Notes under the pieces: generated by a model
Database searches by the model: none
The model's input: the letters and a program-made list of their open reading frames with translations, nothing else
What the model was told of the DNA's origin: nothing
Source of the DNA: an uncultured Bacteroidota bacterium
Lineage (GTDB): Bacteria; Bacteroidota; Bacteroidia; UKL13-3
Reading direction: 5' to 3'
Assembly: GCA_903834625.1 (NCBI GenBank)
Contig: CAILJQ010000188.1
Coordinates: 1,936 to 65,935 of the forward strand
Length of the DNA: 64,000 nt
Position numbers and translations under genes: made by a program
Shown: one piece after another, positions 18,040 to 28,291 of the stretch
Layout of the letters: the number at the start of each line of letters is the position of its first letter
Position numbering within the stretch: position 1 is the first letter of the stretch

Positions 18040-20696
18040 TTTTTTGGTTTGAGGAGTTCTTCTTGTTTTTTGTAAAAATCGGCAAATTTTTCCACTTTCT
18101 TTTCTTTCAATACTTGTCTGAAGTTTTTCGTGGAAATGATATACTCAGGAGTAGTATCGGTATAGGATAATTTTTTTGTTTTAAAGTCGGTGGCACGAAC
18201 TGTTTTTAAGTACTCGTATGCCGACTTTTGGTTCGGAAATTCTCTTACAGTTATTAATTGAAACCCGTCATTACTCATGATAGCATTTACCCTCAAATTA
18301 TTTTCAGAGGCATATGCTTCATTGAAGGCTGTGTATTCGGAAACAAACATGTCGAAATCAAGTTTGGTGTTTTTTATGGCTAGTACGTAGTAATAGGGTG
18401 TTTCTGTTTCTAAATCAAATTCTGCCAAATTTTGCGAGCTATCATTGCCCATAAATGCCACCTTTTTTTCTTGTCGGTTCAGCACTTCTAAATAATCTTC
18501 GGCTGTTTTACCAACGTCTAATCCTTTGTATGTTTCACTTAATTCTTTGAGTGATTTTTTAAAAGCATCTTTGTCGCCTAACCTACCTATGCATAGGGAA
18601 TTTAATAAGTCAATTTTTGGCTTCATCGTATTACCCGGAAATTGTTTATCAATTTCTGGTTTCATGGCCATGGCCTCTTTGTAGTTGCCATCAGTGTATG
18701 CCTGATACATTTTTTCATAGGCAATTAATAATTGCTTGTTACCTGTGGTTTCGCTGGAGGAGATGGGTTTATTTTGCACCAATAAACTGAGATAGTGGTC
18801 AGGATATTTTTGAATAAGGTTGAACTTATTGTTATCTGCAACTTTGGTGTTTTTTAAATCTGTATTTGATTTGTATAAATAGTAAAATGACTCTGGTTCA
18901 TATTCACTGTTTGGATATTTTCCTTGCAGAATTTCAAAATACTTTTTGCTTTCATTGGCGTTTTTCAATCGGTCGTAATACATTACCCCTAAGTTGTGCA
19001 ATGATTCAAGCATTTTTTGGTTCGAACGCAATTTTTGTTCCTTGCTGAATGGGACATTTTTAATCCACTTGTCCTTATCAGCATTCCCTGTTGAAACATC
19101 CAATTTAGTATCTGGAATTTCTTGTTCCTCTGTTTTTATTTTGTCCTTTGGTTTATCAGTGGAAGTAGTGTCGGTACCAGAAGTTGCATCTGATTTTACT
19201 TTTTCTTTCGCAGCCAATCTCCAATAGTCTTCATTTTGCCTTTGGCCCCATTTCTTATTAGAGAAAAATTCTGCAGCACCTGCATTCACAAGTGTAGGAT
19301 TGTAAAAGTACCAGCTATTGTCTGTTCCCCCCGGAATATTGATGGCAGGAGCGGCAATTAGGTTTTGGTTATTGGCCAAGCTTGCCTGCATTTTTGCCTT
19401 TTTCTTTGCTTCTTTTGCAGCAATTTCTTCTAGCCTTTTTTGTTCGCTTATCCAACCATTTACTTTACGTTCTAATTCGTCTTTGCTTAGTAATGAAAGA
19501 CGTTGAAGGGAGTCTTCTGTTTCATAAACATTGATATTTAAAATCAACTCAGACAATACGGTTTTGGTTTCTTTGATAGACTCAAAATTTTTATGTTTTT
19601 TATCTAAAAACTGAACAGTACTATCATAGTAAGCTTGAGCATTTTTATATTCTTTTCTATCAAAAAATAACTTCGCCAATTCATAATGACTCAAAGCTTT
19701 TTGGTTTTGATTTTTTGTGCTGTTAGCAACAGACTTTCTGAAGTCTTTGATGGCTTCAGGTTGGTTTTTTATAGCAAGATCTATCCTGCCTAATTCATAA
19801 TATATTTGGTCGAGATAATCGATGTTTTTCTCATCAGCCGCCATGCGCTTGAGATTCTTGCGCACGCGCTCTACAGATTTTGGGTCTTTGAGGTCATAAA
19901 TTCCTGTGAGAGCAATATTCGCATTAAAGGCAAAGTCGTAAGGAGGTATATAGGAAATTACTTTATTGAAAAAGTAACTTGCTTCTGGTTTTTTGTTTGC
20001 CTGCAAACACAGTTGACCAAGGATATAATTGTACCTAATTTTTTGGTCTTTGGTGAGTTTTCCTTTCAGAGCCATTTTAAGGTTATCAATAGCGGTAGTA
20101 TATTTATCTTGCTTGATATTAATATCTGCAGCAGTAGCATAAATAAGAGCGATATCTTCTTTTCGGAAATTCTTTTTAGCTAACAATAATCCCATCAAGG
20201 CTTCGGCTTCACCTAATTTATTTAAGCCAACATAGTTCCTGGCTATATAACAAGTACTGGCATTGGAATAGGCTCCATCTTTGTATTTACCCAACATAAA
20301 CTGAAAGGTTTCAATCGAGGCGAAGTAGTCTTGTTTATAAAATCTACATTCCCCAATTCCATAATATGCATCATCCGTAAACGAGCCTATGGTATGCATT
20401 TGTATGGTTTTTGAGAACTTTTTGATGGCTTCATCTAATACATTTCCCGCTGCCTTGGCAGATTCTGGCGTACCCAATGGAAACACATCTAATATTTTAC
20501 TAAAGTTATTTATATGTGAGTTCTGTAATTGCGTTACTGCATCTAGAAGTTTTTGTTGCCCGTTGAAGTACACGTTAAAATGCCCGGTAAGGGTATGGAA
20601 TTTTCTATTAAGCCATTTATCCTTCGTGGGATTGCAACCCCATGTCCAGATTAAACCGGTGAGGATGAAAATAATTATGTTCCTGTTTCTGTACAA
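18036..20696 (-). CDS. TPR-repeat lipoprotein, probable T9SS component PorW/SprE
   Basis: Lipobox (WTWGC). The N-terminal NRKFHTLTGHFNVYFNG resembles the SprE/PorW N-terminal motif. Multiple TPR-like helices, 886 aa. An ATGA overlap links it to the downstream PBP1A start. Confidence 0.5.
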   Translation of the reverse strand: MYRNRNIIIFILTGLIWTWGCNPTKDKWLNRKFHTLTGHFNVYFNGQQKLLDAVTQLQNSHINNFSKILDVFPLGTPESAKAAGNVLDEAIKKFSKTIQMHTIGSFTDDAYYGIGECRFYKQDYFASIETFQFMLGKYKDGAYSNASTCYIARNYVGLNKLGEAEALMGLLLAKKNFRKEDIALIYATAADINIKQDKYTTAIDNLKMALKGKLTKDQKIRYNYILGQLCLQANKKPEASYFFNKVISYIPPYDFAFNANIALTGIYDLKDPKSVERVRKNLKRMAADEKNIDYLDQIYYELGRIDLAIKNQPEAIKDFRKSVANSTKNQNQKALSHYELAKLFFDRKEYKNAQAYYDSTVQFLDKKHKNFESIKETKTVLSELILNINVYETEDSLQRLSLLSKDELERKVNGWISEQKRLEEIAAKEAKKKAKMQASLANNQNLIAAPAINIPGGTDNSWYFYNPTLVNAGAAEFFSNKKWGQRQNEDYWRLAAKEKVKSDATSGTDTTSTDKPKDKIKTEEQEIPDTKLDVSTGNADKDKWIKNVPFSKEQKLRSNQKMLESLHNLGVMYYDRLKNANESKKYFEILQGKYPNSEYEPESFYYLYKSNTDLKNTKVADNNKFNLIQKYPDHYLSLLVQNKPISSSETTGNKQLLIAYEKMYQAYTDGNYKEAMAMKPEIDKQFPGNTMKPKIDLLNSLCIGRLGDKDAFKKSLKELSETYKGLDVGKTAEDYLEVLNRQEKKVAFMGNDSSQNLAEFDLETETPYYYVLAIKNTKLDFDMFVSEYTAFNEAYASENNLRVNAIMSNDGFQLITVREFPNQKSAYEYLKTVRATDFKTKKLSYTDTTPEYIISTKNFRQVLKEKKVEKFADFYKKQEELLKPKK

Positions 20697-20774
20697 TGGA
20701 GACCTTGTTTTTGCCTATCTTTGAAATATTAATCGCACAATTTTAACCAAAACTTTTTTAATATATCTATTGTA

Positions 20775-21233
20775 ATGGATCAGCCAAGGAAAAAATTAAT
20801 TCAAAAGCTCCGTTATAAATACAGGCTGGTAATTATCAACGATGAGTCGTTTGAGGAAAAATTGAATTTCAAACTTACACCTATGAATGTATTTGTTGGG
20901 TTCAGTTCAGCAGTTGTTTTACTCACATTTTTGGTCATTACACTTATTTTTTATACGTCGCTCAGGGAATACGTGCCAGGTTACACAGATTCTAAAACCA
21001 AACGAAATTTGCAGCAGTTATTGTACAAAACAGACTCTCTGGAGCAGGTATTGGTAGCCAAAGAGCTCTATTACAAGAATATAGTTAATATTTTAGGAGG
21101 TGGGGAAGGTTTAAACGATTCAACCGACCAGAAGCCCAAGCCAACCAGTTATTTAATGCCTAAAGGCAAACCTGTAGCGCTTAATTTTTCCTCTTTCTTA
21201 GCGCATAATTCCTCCCAAACAAAACGTTTTTAG
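20775..21233 (+). CDS. Membrane-anchored protein resembling only the N-terminal half of Bacteroidota M23/LytM peptidases; no catalytic domain
   Basis: LRYKYRLVIINDESFEEKLNFKLTPMNVF, a TM helix, then LREYVPGY matches the usual N-terminus of M23 peptidases as I remember it. The ORF stops at 152 aa. No HxxxD/HxH region is present in any frame before 21361. Confidence 0.4.
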   Translation: MDQPRKKLIQKLRYKYRLVIINDESFEEKLNFKLTPMNVFVGFSSAVVLLTFLVITLIFYTSLREYVPGYTDSKTKRNLQQLLYKTDSLEQVLVAKELYYKNIVNILGGGEGLNDSTDQKPKPTSYLMPKGKPVALNFSSFLAHNSSQTKRF

Positions 21234-21360
21234 AAAAAATATTCTATATTTGTTGTTTCAGGTGTGTTGTTTGATTTGTGAATTTTAGTTGAAGAAAACC
21301 TGAAATTAAGCACAAGGCGAAAGCCTATTTTTAGAATTGTAGATTTATAATTGGAAGGTC

Positions 21361-21822
21361 ATGGCCATTTTTAACCAGTCAAAAAGTACATCATTTAATC
21401 CTCAAGAGATTAATATATTGAATGCAGGTACGCGTATCACCGGAGATTTGGTATCTGAAGGAGATTTAAGAGTGGATGGCTCTCTTACCGGCAATATAGA
21501 AGTGAAAGCTAAATTGGTTTTGGGCACTTCAGCAAATGTTGAGGGCAATATAAAAGCAGTAAATTGTGACGTATCTGGGAACGTTAGCGGAAACATCCAT
21601 GTGAATGATTTACTGACTATTAAGGCTTCGGCAAAAATTAAAGGAGACATTTCTTGCAGCAAGTTGGTCATTGAAGCTGGGGCCGAATTTAATGGTAAAA
21701 GTACTATGAGCACCGGGATTGCCGGAAGTATGGGGGATTACAAAAATGGTAAGTTTGGGAAACCAATCGAAACCAAAGCACCAGTAACCGTTGGAACCAT
21801 CGCAGAAAAAGCCGCAGTATAA
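21361..21822 (+). CDS. Bactofilin (polymer-forming cytoskeletal protein, DUF583)
   Basis: Repetitive beta-helix pattern: TGDLVSEGDLRVDGSLTGNIEV...VEGNIKAVNCDVSGNVSGNIHV...IKGDISCSKLVIEAGAEFNG. Confidence 0.8.
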   Translation: MAIFNQSKSTSFNPQEINILNAGTRITGDLVSEGDLRVDGSLTGNIEVKAKLVLGTSANVEGNIKAVNCDVSGNVSGNIHVNDLLTIKASAKIKGDISCSKLVIEAGAEFNGKSTMSTGIAGSMGDYKNGKFGKPIETKAPVTVGTIAEKAAV

Positions 21823-22006
21823 CCAAGTTTTAAAGTATTTGGGATTGGCCACACAAATGATTGTGGTTATCCTCTTGGGGAGTTTAGGTGGCAAATACGC
21901 CGACATACATTACCAAAATTCTTTTCCAATTTTAACGCTCTTGGGTGTTATTTTCTCTGTGTTTGCCGCACTTTATCTAGGTATCAAAGATTTTCTTAAA
22001 AAATAA
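21791..22006 (+). CDS. AtpZ/AtpI-like small membrane protein preceding the atp operon (start uncertain)
   Basis: YLGLATQMIVVILLGSLGGKYAD...LTLLGVIFSVFAALYLGIK is a two-helix pattern typical of AtpZ. The track start is a TTG overlapping the bactofilin gene. Confidence 0.45.
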   Translation: MEPSQKKPQYNQVLKYLGLATQMIVVILLGSLGGKYADIHYQNSFPILTLLGVIFSVFAALYLGIKDFLKK

Positions 22007-22122
22007 TCAATTTAATCTGAACTTCATCAGAGGAATTACCTACTTTTGCGCCGACTAAAAAGGAGGATTTAAGAAAAATACACTATTTATGTATTTGATT
22101 AACAGCTTCTTTTGCCTTAGTA

Positions 22123-22509
22123 ATGAAGAAAACAAACTTTATCCCAAGCTTACTCACCTTAACTGCCCTACAGGGGTTGCTGTTATTTTGTTTTCAACAA
22201 TTTGTAACAAGCATTTTATTAAGTAACCTAGCTTGGCTGGCATTAATTTATTTTTTCTTACTCACGTTGGTTACCTATAAAATAACCCAATCTGGCTTGC
22301 CTAAAGATAATAAAACCTTCATTACCAGAACATACAGTGCTATTGGAATCCGGTTTGTTTTCTCCATATTCCCCTTATTTATCTATTTAATTTTTTCACC
22401 AGAGCGCCAGCTATCCTTCGCGGTTGTGTATCTTTTCATGTATTTCTTTTACACAGCTTTTGAAATTTATTTCCTTGTGGTTAACTTGCGCCCCGATTTA
22501 AAGAAATAA
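22123..22509 (+). CDS. Hypothetical 4-TM membrane protein in the atp operon leader position
   Basis: Hydrophobic ORF. Its stop at 22509 lies 8 bp upstream of the atpB start at 22518. Confidence 0.45.
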   Translation: MKKTNFIPSLLTLTALQGLLLFCFQQFVTSILLSNLAWLALIYFFLLTLVTYKITQSGLPKDNKTFITRTYSAIGIRFVFSIFPLFIYLIFSPERQLSFAVVYLFMYFFYTAFEIYFLVVNLRPDLKK

Positions 22510-22517
22510 CAACGTTC

Positions 22518-23696
22518 ATGCAGCCAAATAACAAAAAGATTTTCAGATACTTAATTCCGGTTTTTTTGATTCTTTGCTATATTGCTTACAGCAGTGTTGC
22601 AGTTTTTGGTCAGCATGAGAGTCATGAAGCTACCGCAGATTCCCTAACAACCACCACCCATTCAGAAGAAGCTCATGGGGCTGAGGCACATGATGCGAAC
22701 GCCCATGGAGCAGAAGTGCATGAAGAAGGCAAAGTGGATGCCGGTAAATTAATCATGGAACACATTGCAGATGCGCATGATTGGCATATTGCAACAGTGG
22801 GACATTCTCACATTTCTATTCCTTTGCCTGTAATTATTAGCGATGACCATGGATTAAAAATATTTTCATCATCTCGTTTTGAACATGGGCATGCTACTTA
22901 TGAAGGATACAAATTAGAAGAAGGTAAAATTGTAGCGGTAAATGCAGATGGTTCAATCAATGAACATGCTTCATTTTTGGATTTATCAATTACCAAGAAT
23001 GTAGCAAGTATGCTTATTTCTGTTATTTTCTTGTGCTGGATTATGCTTTCAGTTGCTGGTCACTATACCCGCAACAAAGGAAAGGCCCCAAAAGGAATGG
23101 CCAATTTGATTGAAACATTGATCATTTTTATTCGTGATGAGGTAGCTAAACCAAGTATTGGACCTAAATACGCTAAATTCCTTCCTTATTTATTAACTAT
23201 CTTCTTTTTCATTTTTATCAATAACTTGTTCGGTTTGATCCCATTTTTTCCGGGAGGAGCTAACGTAACAGGAAATATAGCAGTAACATTGGTATTAGCT
23301 ATTTTCACTTTTGTGATTACTTCTTTTAATGGCAACAAAAGTTACTGGGGACATATTTTCATGCCACCAGGGGTTCCTAAAGCATTGTGGATTTTGTTGA
23401 TTCCTATTGAAATCATTGGAATGTTGAACAAGCCTATTGTATTGATGATTCGTTTGTTTGCGAATATTACCGCAGGTCACATTATTATCTTAGGATTTTT
23501 CTCACTTATATTCATTTTCGGTGCAATGAACCAAACGTTAGGTTTGGGCGTGTCTGTATTATCAGTTGCGTTTACCACCTTTATGAATTTCCTTGAATTG
23601 TTAGTTGCCTTTTTACAGGCATATGTGTTCACGTTGCTGTCAGCCTTGTATTTTGGTTCAGCAGTAGAAGAACATCACCACGAAGAACATCATTAA
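22518..23696 (+). CDS. atpB: F0F1 ATP synthase subunit a, with His-rich N-terminal insert and C-terminal tail
   Basis: Conserved LMIRLFANITAGHII (essential Arg) and LQAYVFTLLSALYF. The N-terminal extension is typical of Bacteroidota. Confidence 0.9.
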   Translation: MQPNNKKIFRYLIPVFLILCYIAYSSVAVFGQHESHEATADSLTTTTHSEEAHGAEAHDANAHGAEVHEEGKVDAGKLIMEHIADAHDWHIATVGHSHISIPLPVIISDDHGLKIFSSSRFEHGHATYEGYKLEEGKIVAVNADGSINEHASFLDLSITKNVASMLISVIFLCWIMLSVAGHYTRNKGKAPKGMANLIETLIIFIRDEVAKPSIGPKYAKFLPYLLTIFFFIFINNLFGLIPFFPGGANVTGNIAVTLVLAIFTFVITSFNGNKSYWGHIFMPPGVPKALWILLIPIEIIGMLNKPIVLMIRLFANITAGHIIILGFFSLIFIFGAMNQTLGLGVSVLSVAFTTFMNFLELLVAFLQAYVFTLLSALYFGSAVEEHHHEEHH

Positions 23697-23987
<291 letters not shown>

Positions 23988-24000
23988 TCGGTATACAAAA

Positions 24001-24040
24001 CAGAACACGGAGTAAATATGCTTCGTGTTCTGATTTATTT
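24001..24040 (+). terminator. Hairpin/attenuator between atpE and atpF
   Basis: CAGAACACG (24001-24009) pairs with CGTGTTCTG (24024-24032). The loop is 14 nt and is followed by ATTTATTTG. Confidence 0.45.
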
Positions 24041-24078
24041 GTTACCATTACCAATTAATTTTTAAAAAACATCACAGC

Positions 24079-24573
24079 ATGGAATTAGTAAAACCTGGTT
24101 TAGGGCTTATTTTCTGGATGACCATTACGTTTTCAATCGTATTGTTCATCTTGTCTAAATTTGCTTGGAAACCTATCCTCAATTCGATCAGGGAGAGAGA
24201 AGATTCTATCAACAATGCGTTGAATTCTGCCGAGGAAGCTCGTAAGCAGATGAGTGCATTGAAGGCAGATAACGAAAAACTCCTCAATCAAGCACGTGCT
24301 GAGCGCGACCTTATGCTGAAAGAAGCCAATGATATGAAAGAAAATATCATCGCTCAGGCTAAAAAATCTGCAGATGAAGAGGGTCGTAAAATCATTGCTA
24401 AAGCAAATGAATCGATTGAGTCAGCCAAGATCAATGCAATGAACGAGTTAAAAGCTCAAGTTGCTGTTCTTTCTGTTGACTTAGCAGAGAAAGTGCTTCG
24501 CAAGAAAATGGAAGACCGCGCACAGCAAGAATCATTTGTAAACGAGAATTTAAAATCTATTACCTTAAAATAA
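24079..24573 (+). CDS. atpF: F0F1 ATP synthase subunit b
   Basis: N-terminal TM helix followed by a long charged coiled coil. Operon position fits. Confidence 0.85.
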   Translation: MELVKPGLGLIFWMTITFSIVLFILSKFAWKPILNSIREREDSINNALNSAEEARKQMSALKADNEKLLNQARAERDLMLKEANDMKENIIAQAKKSADEEGRKIIAKANESIESAKINAMNELKAQVAVLSVDLAEKVLRKKMEDRAQQESFVNENLKSITLK

Positions 24574-24574
24574 C

Positions 24575-25126
24575 ATGTCTGAACAAAGAGTATCCGGCAG
24601 GTATGCCAAATCACTGATCGACCTAGCTATTGAGCAAAACAAGCTCGAGGTGATCAATGCCGATATTTTGGCGTTCAGTTCGGCTTTAAAAGCTAATCCA
24701 TCTTTGGGTAAAATGCTTAAAAGTCCGATTGTACAAGGCGATAAGAAATTTGCCGTGATTCAAAAAGTATTTGCCGCTTCTTTTGACAAAATGACTATGT
24801 CTTTTATAGACATCGTTATTCGCAAAAAACGTGAATATTACTTACCAGATATTGCCATTGCTTTCATTGGTCAATATAACGAAATCAATAAAATTACTAC
24901 TGCGAAAGTGAAAACTGCTGTTGCTGTTAGCGACGCGGTGATTGCCGAAGTTAGGACTTTTATTGAACAACAAACTGGTAAAAAAGTAATTCTAGAAACT
25001 GCAGTGGACGCAGACATTATCGGAGGTTTGGTTATCCAAATGGAAGATAAATTGTATGATGCCAGCATTTCTGGAAAGCTTAGGAAAGCAAAACAAGATT
25101 TATTAAATACTTACATTTCAAAATAA
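24575..25126 (+). CDS. atpH: F0F1 ATP synthase subunit delta (OSCP)
   Basis: RYAKSLIDLA start, IIGGLVIQMEDKLYDASISGKL C-terminal motif, and operon position. Confidence 0.85.
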   Translation: MSEQRVSGRYAKSLIDLAIEQNKLEVINADILAFSSALKANPSLGKMLKSPIVQGDKKFAVIQKVFAASFDKMTMSFIDIVIRKKREYYLPDIAIAFIGQYNEINKITTAKVKTAVAVSDAVIAEVRTFIEQQTGKKVILETAVDADIIGGLVIQMEDKLYDASISGKLRKAKQDLLNTYISK

Positions 25127-25135
25127 CATTTCATT

Positions 25136-26716
25136 ATGGTAGAAATAAGACCAGATGAGGTATCAGCCATCATAAGAGAGCAATTAAGCAATTTTAAGTC
25201 TGAGACCGAACTTGAAGAAGTGGGTACCGTGCTCCAAGTGGGTGATGGTATCGCTCGTATCTACGGATTAACCAAAGTTCAGTCGGGCGAGCTGATTGAA
25301 TTTTCAAATGGTGTACAAGGTATCGTGTTAAACCTCGAAGAGGACAACGTAGGTGCGGTACTCCTAGGTTCATCTGAACAAATTGTAGAAGGTGACACTG
25401 TTAAGCGTACCGGACGTATTGCTTCTATTAAAGTAGGAGAAGGAATGTTCGGTCGTGTAATCAATACCTTAGGACAACCAATCGACGGAAAAGGTCCACT
25501 TACAGGAGATTTGTATGAGATGCCATTAGAGCGTAAAGCTCCAGGTGTAATTTACCGCGAACCGGTAAAAGAGCCTATGCAAACAGGTATCAAAGCGATC
25601 GATGCCATGATTCCAATTGGACGTGGACAACGTGAGTTGGTAATTGGTGACCGTCAAACTGGTAAAACAGCAGTTTGTATTGATACCATCATCAATCAAA
25701 AAGAATTTTATGATGCAGGTCAGCCTGTATATTGTATTTACGTAGCGTGCGGACAAAAAGCTTCTACTGTTGCTCAGGTGTTAAAAACCTTAGAAGAGCG
25801 TGGTGCAATGCCTTATACCGTAATCGTTTCAGCTACTTCATCAGATCCAGCTCCAATGCAATTCTTTGCTCCGATGGCTGGTGCTGCAATTGGCGAATTC
25901 ATCCGCGATACAGGCCGTCCGGCTTTGGTTGTTTATGATGATTTGTCAAAACAAGCTGTAGCTTACCGTGAAGTATCTTTGTTGTTGCGTCGCCCTCCAG
26001 GACGTGAAGCATATCCTGGAGATGTATTCTATTTGCATAGCCGCTTGCTTGAAAGAGCTGCTAAAGTAAATGGTACAGATGCCATTGCTCAACAAATGAA
26101 CGACCTTCCTCCTTCTATCAAACATTTGGTTAAAGGTGGTGGTTCTTTAACAGCACTTCCAATTATTGAAACTCAAGCTGGTGACGTTTCTGCTTATATT
26201 CCAACCAATGTAATTTCTATTACAGATGGTCAGATATTCTTAGAGGCTAACTTGTTTAACAGTGGTATTCGTCCTGCAATTAACGTAGGTATCTCTGTAT
26301 CACGTGTGGGTGGTAATGCGCAAATCAAATCTATGAAAAAGGTAGCAGGTACCTTAAAATTAGATCAAGCACAATACCGTGAATTGGAAGCTTTCTCGAA
26401 ATTCGGTTCAGACCTTGACGCTGCTACCAAATCGGTTTTAGCAAAAGGTGCTCGTAACGTGGAAATCTTGAAACAAGGACAATTTGCTCCACTTCGTGTA
26501 GAACAGCAAACAGCTATCATTTATTTAGGAACTAAAGGTTTATTGTCTAACGTACCTGTGAACAAAGTGCGTGACTTCGAATCTGAATTCTTGAATTATA
26601 TGGAAAACAAACACAAGGACACTTTAAATGCAATCAAAAAAGGTGGCATTGGAGATGATGTAACCAGTGTGTTGGAAGCAGTTTGTAAAGACCTTAGTGC
26701 AAAATACAGCGCTTAA
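25136..26716 (+). CDS. atpA: F0F1 ATP synthase subunit alpha
   Basis: Walker A GDRQTGKT, plus [13 protein letters not shown] and [21 protein letters not shown]. Confidence 0.97.
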   Translation: MVEIRPDEVSAIIREQLSNFKSETELEEVGTVLQVGDGIARIYGLTKVQSGELIEFSNGVQGIVLNLEEDNVGAVLLGSSEQIVEGDTVKRTGRIASIKVGEGMFGRVINTLGQPIDGKGPLTGDLYEMPLERKAPGVIYREPVKEPMQTGIKAIDAMIPIGRGQRELVIGDRQTGKTAVCIDTIINQKEFYDAGQPVYCIYVACGQKASTVAQVLKTLEERGAMPYTVIVSATSSDPAPMQFFAPMAGAAIGEFIRDTGRPALVVYDDLSKQAVAYREVSLLLRRPPGREAYPGDVFYLHSRLLERAAKVNGTDAIAQQMNDLPPSIKHLVKGGGSLTALPIIETQAGDVSAYIPTNVISITDGQIFLEANLFNSGIRPAINVGISVSRVGGNAQIKSMKKVAGTLKLDQAQYRELEAFSKFGSDLDAATKSVLAKGARNVEILKQGQFAPLRVEQQTAIIYLGTKGLLSNVPVNKVRDFESEFLNYMENKHKDTLNAIKKGGIGDDVTSVLEAVCKDLSAKYSA

Positions 26717-26741
26717 TTAATCCGGATAGGTAAATTAAAAA

Positions 26742-27608
26742 ATGGCTAATTTAAAAGAAGTTCGTATTCGTATCGCTTCGGTTAACTCAACCCAGCAAAT
26801 CACCAAAGCAATGAAATTGGTGAGTGCTACTAAGTTGAGACGTGCACAGAATGCTATCGTTCAAATGAGACCTTATGCTCAGAAATTGAATGGTATCCTG
26901 GCTAACCTAGCAGATTCTATTGATGTAGATTCTCTGAAAGTGTATTTCAACCAACGCCCAGTTTCTAACGTGCTTTTGGTAGTGATTACTTCAGATAGAG
27001 GGTTGTGTGGTTCCTTTAATGCCAATGTAATTAAACTTGCCAATAAATTGGTGAAAGAAGATTATGCTGGAAAAAACGTAACCATATTGCCTGTTGGTAA
27101 AAAAGCTGCAGAGTTTTTTGCAAAAACCAATGTGGGTCTTATCAATGATTTTAAAGATACTTTTCAACAGTTAAATGCCGATAATGGCTTCGCTATTGGA
27201 GAATACGTTTTGAACCAATTTAAAGCAGGTAAATTTGATAAGGTAGAGGTTGTTTACAACCAATTTAAAAATGCCGCTACTCAAATTTTGGTGAATGAGC
27301 CATTCCTTCCAATTGTAAGCGCAATTGGAGTGCAAGCTTCTAAAAACGATTATATTTTTGAACCTTCAAAAGAGGTTATCCTAGAGGAACTCATCCCAAG
27401 GATTTTGAAAACCCAAATTTACAAAAGCTTGTTAGATTCATTTGCCTCTGAACATGGTGCCCGTATGGTGGCCATGGATAAGGCAACTGACAATGCGGGT
27501 GAATTAATCAAAGCCTTGAAGTTGGAATACAACCGTGCACGTCAAGCTGCCATTACAACCGAAATCTCTGAGATTGTTGGTGGTGCAGCGGCCTTAAGCG
27601 GTACCTAA
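26742..27608 (+). CDS. atpG: F0F1 ATP synthase subunit gamma
   Basis: MANLKEVRIRIASVNSTQQITKAMKLVSATKLRRAQ and C-terminal NRARQAAITTEISEIVGGAAAL. Confidence 0.95.
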   Translation: MANLKEVRIRIASVNSTQQITKAMKLVSATKLRRAQNAIVQMRPYAQKLNGILANLADSIDVDSLKVYFNQRPVSNVLLVVITSDRGLCGSFNANVIKLANKLVKEDYAGKNVTILPVGKKAAEFFAKTNVGLINDFKDTFQQLNADNGFAIGEYVLNQFKAGKFDKVEVVYNQFKNAATQILVNEPFLPIVSAIGVQASKNDYIFEPSKEVILEELIPRILKTQIYKSLLDSFASEHGARMVAMDKATDNAGELIKALKLEYNRARQAAITTEISEIVGGAAALSGT

Positions 27609-27628
27609 TTTTGTTCTTAATCATTAGA

Positions 27629-27664
27629 ATGCCGGTTAGCGAAAGCCTACCGGCATTTTTTTTA
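27629..27664 (+). terminator. Rho-independent terminator of the atp operon
   Basis: ATGCCGGT(T)AG ... CTACCGGCAT stem with one bulge, followed by a run of 8 T. Confidence 0.75.
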
Positions 27665-27717
27665 ACTAATTAAACCTTGGCTACTATTTTTATAACCCTA
27701 TTAACCCTTCTTAAACC

Positions 27718-28152
27718 ATGAGTAAAGCAGAAATCCACACCGCTAAAGGTGTCATGAAAATTGAATTTTATGACCAAGATGCTCCCAACACAGTTGCCAA
27801 TTTTATTAAACTTGCCAAAAGCGGTTTTTATGATGGCGTTACCTTTCACCGTGTTATTCCTAATTTTGTGATTCAAGGTGGCGACCCTACCGGTACAGGT
27901 GCGGGTGGACCCGGTTACAAAATCAATTGTGAGTTAACAGGTAATAACCAATTCCACGATAGAGGTGTACTTTCAATGGCACATGCTGGAAGAAACACAG
28001 GTGGCTCACAGTTTTTTGTTTGCCATAGCAGAGACAATACCGCCCATTTAGATAGAAACCATACCTGCTTTGGTAAGGTATACGAAGGCTTAGAAGTGAT
28101 TGATGCTATCAGACAAGGCGATAAAATGGATAAAGTTGTGATAATCGACTAA
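27718..28152 (+). CDS. Cyclophilin-type peptidyl-prolyl cis-trans isomerase
   Basis: [19 protein letters not shown]...[18 protein letters not shown] signature. Confidence 0.92.
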   Translation: MSKAEIHTAKGVMKIEFYDQDAPNTVANFIKLAKSGFYDGVTFHRVIPNFVIQGGDPTGTGAGGPGYKINCELTGNNQFHDRGVLSMAHAGRNTGGSQFFVCHSRDNTAHLDRNHTCFGKVYEGLEVIDAIRQGDKMDKVVIID

Positions 28153-28178
28153 CCAGTATTGTACCATTTTATCATGAT

Positions 28179-28213
28179 AAAAAAAGGCTATCCTAATCAG
28201 ATAGCCTTTTTTG
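28179..28213 (+). terminator. Rho-independent terminator (A-run / T-run flanked, potentially bidirectional)
   Basis: AAAAAAGGCTATC / loop ctaatca / GATAGCCTTTTTT. Confidence 0.7.
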
Positions 28214-28291
28214 TTTTGGTGCTTTTGAATTAGTAGGTGTTAGTATTATATTTTTGAGAATAATAGTGGATATTTGCGCAAAAGAAAAGAC

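Noticed and set aside
16030-20724. Plus-strand track ORFs opposite the PBP1A and TPR-lipoprotein genes (for example 16030-16296, 19806-20183, 20389-20724)
   Set aside because: They are antisense shadows of well-supported minus-strand genes.
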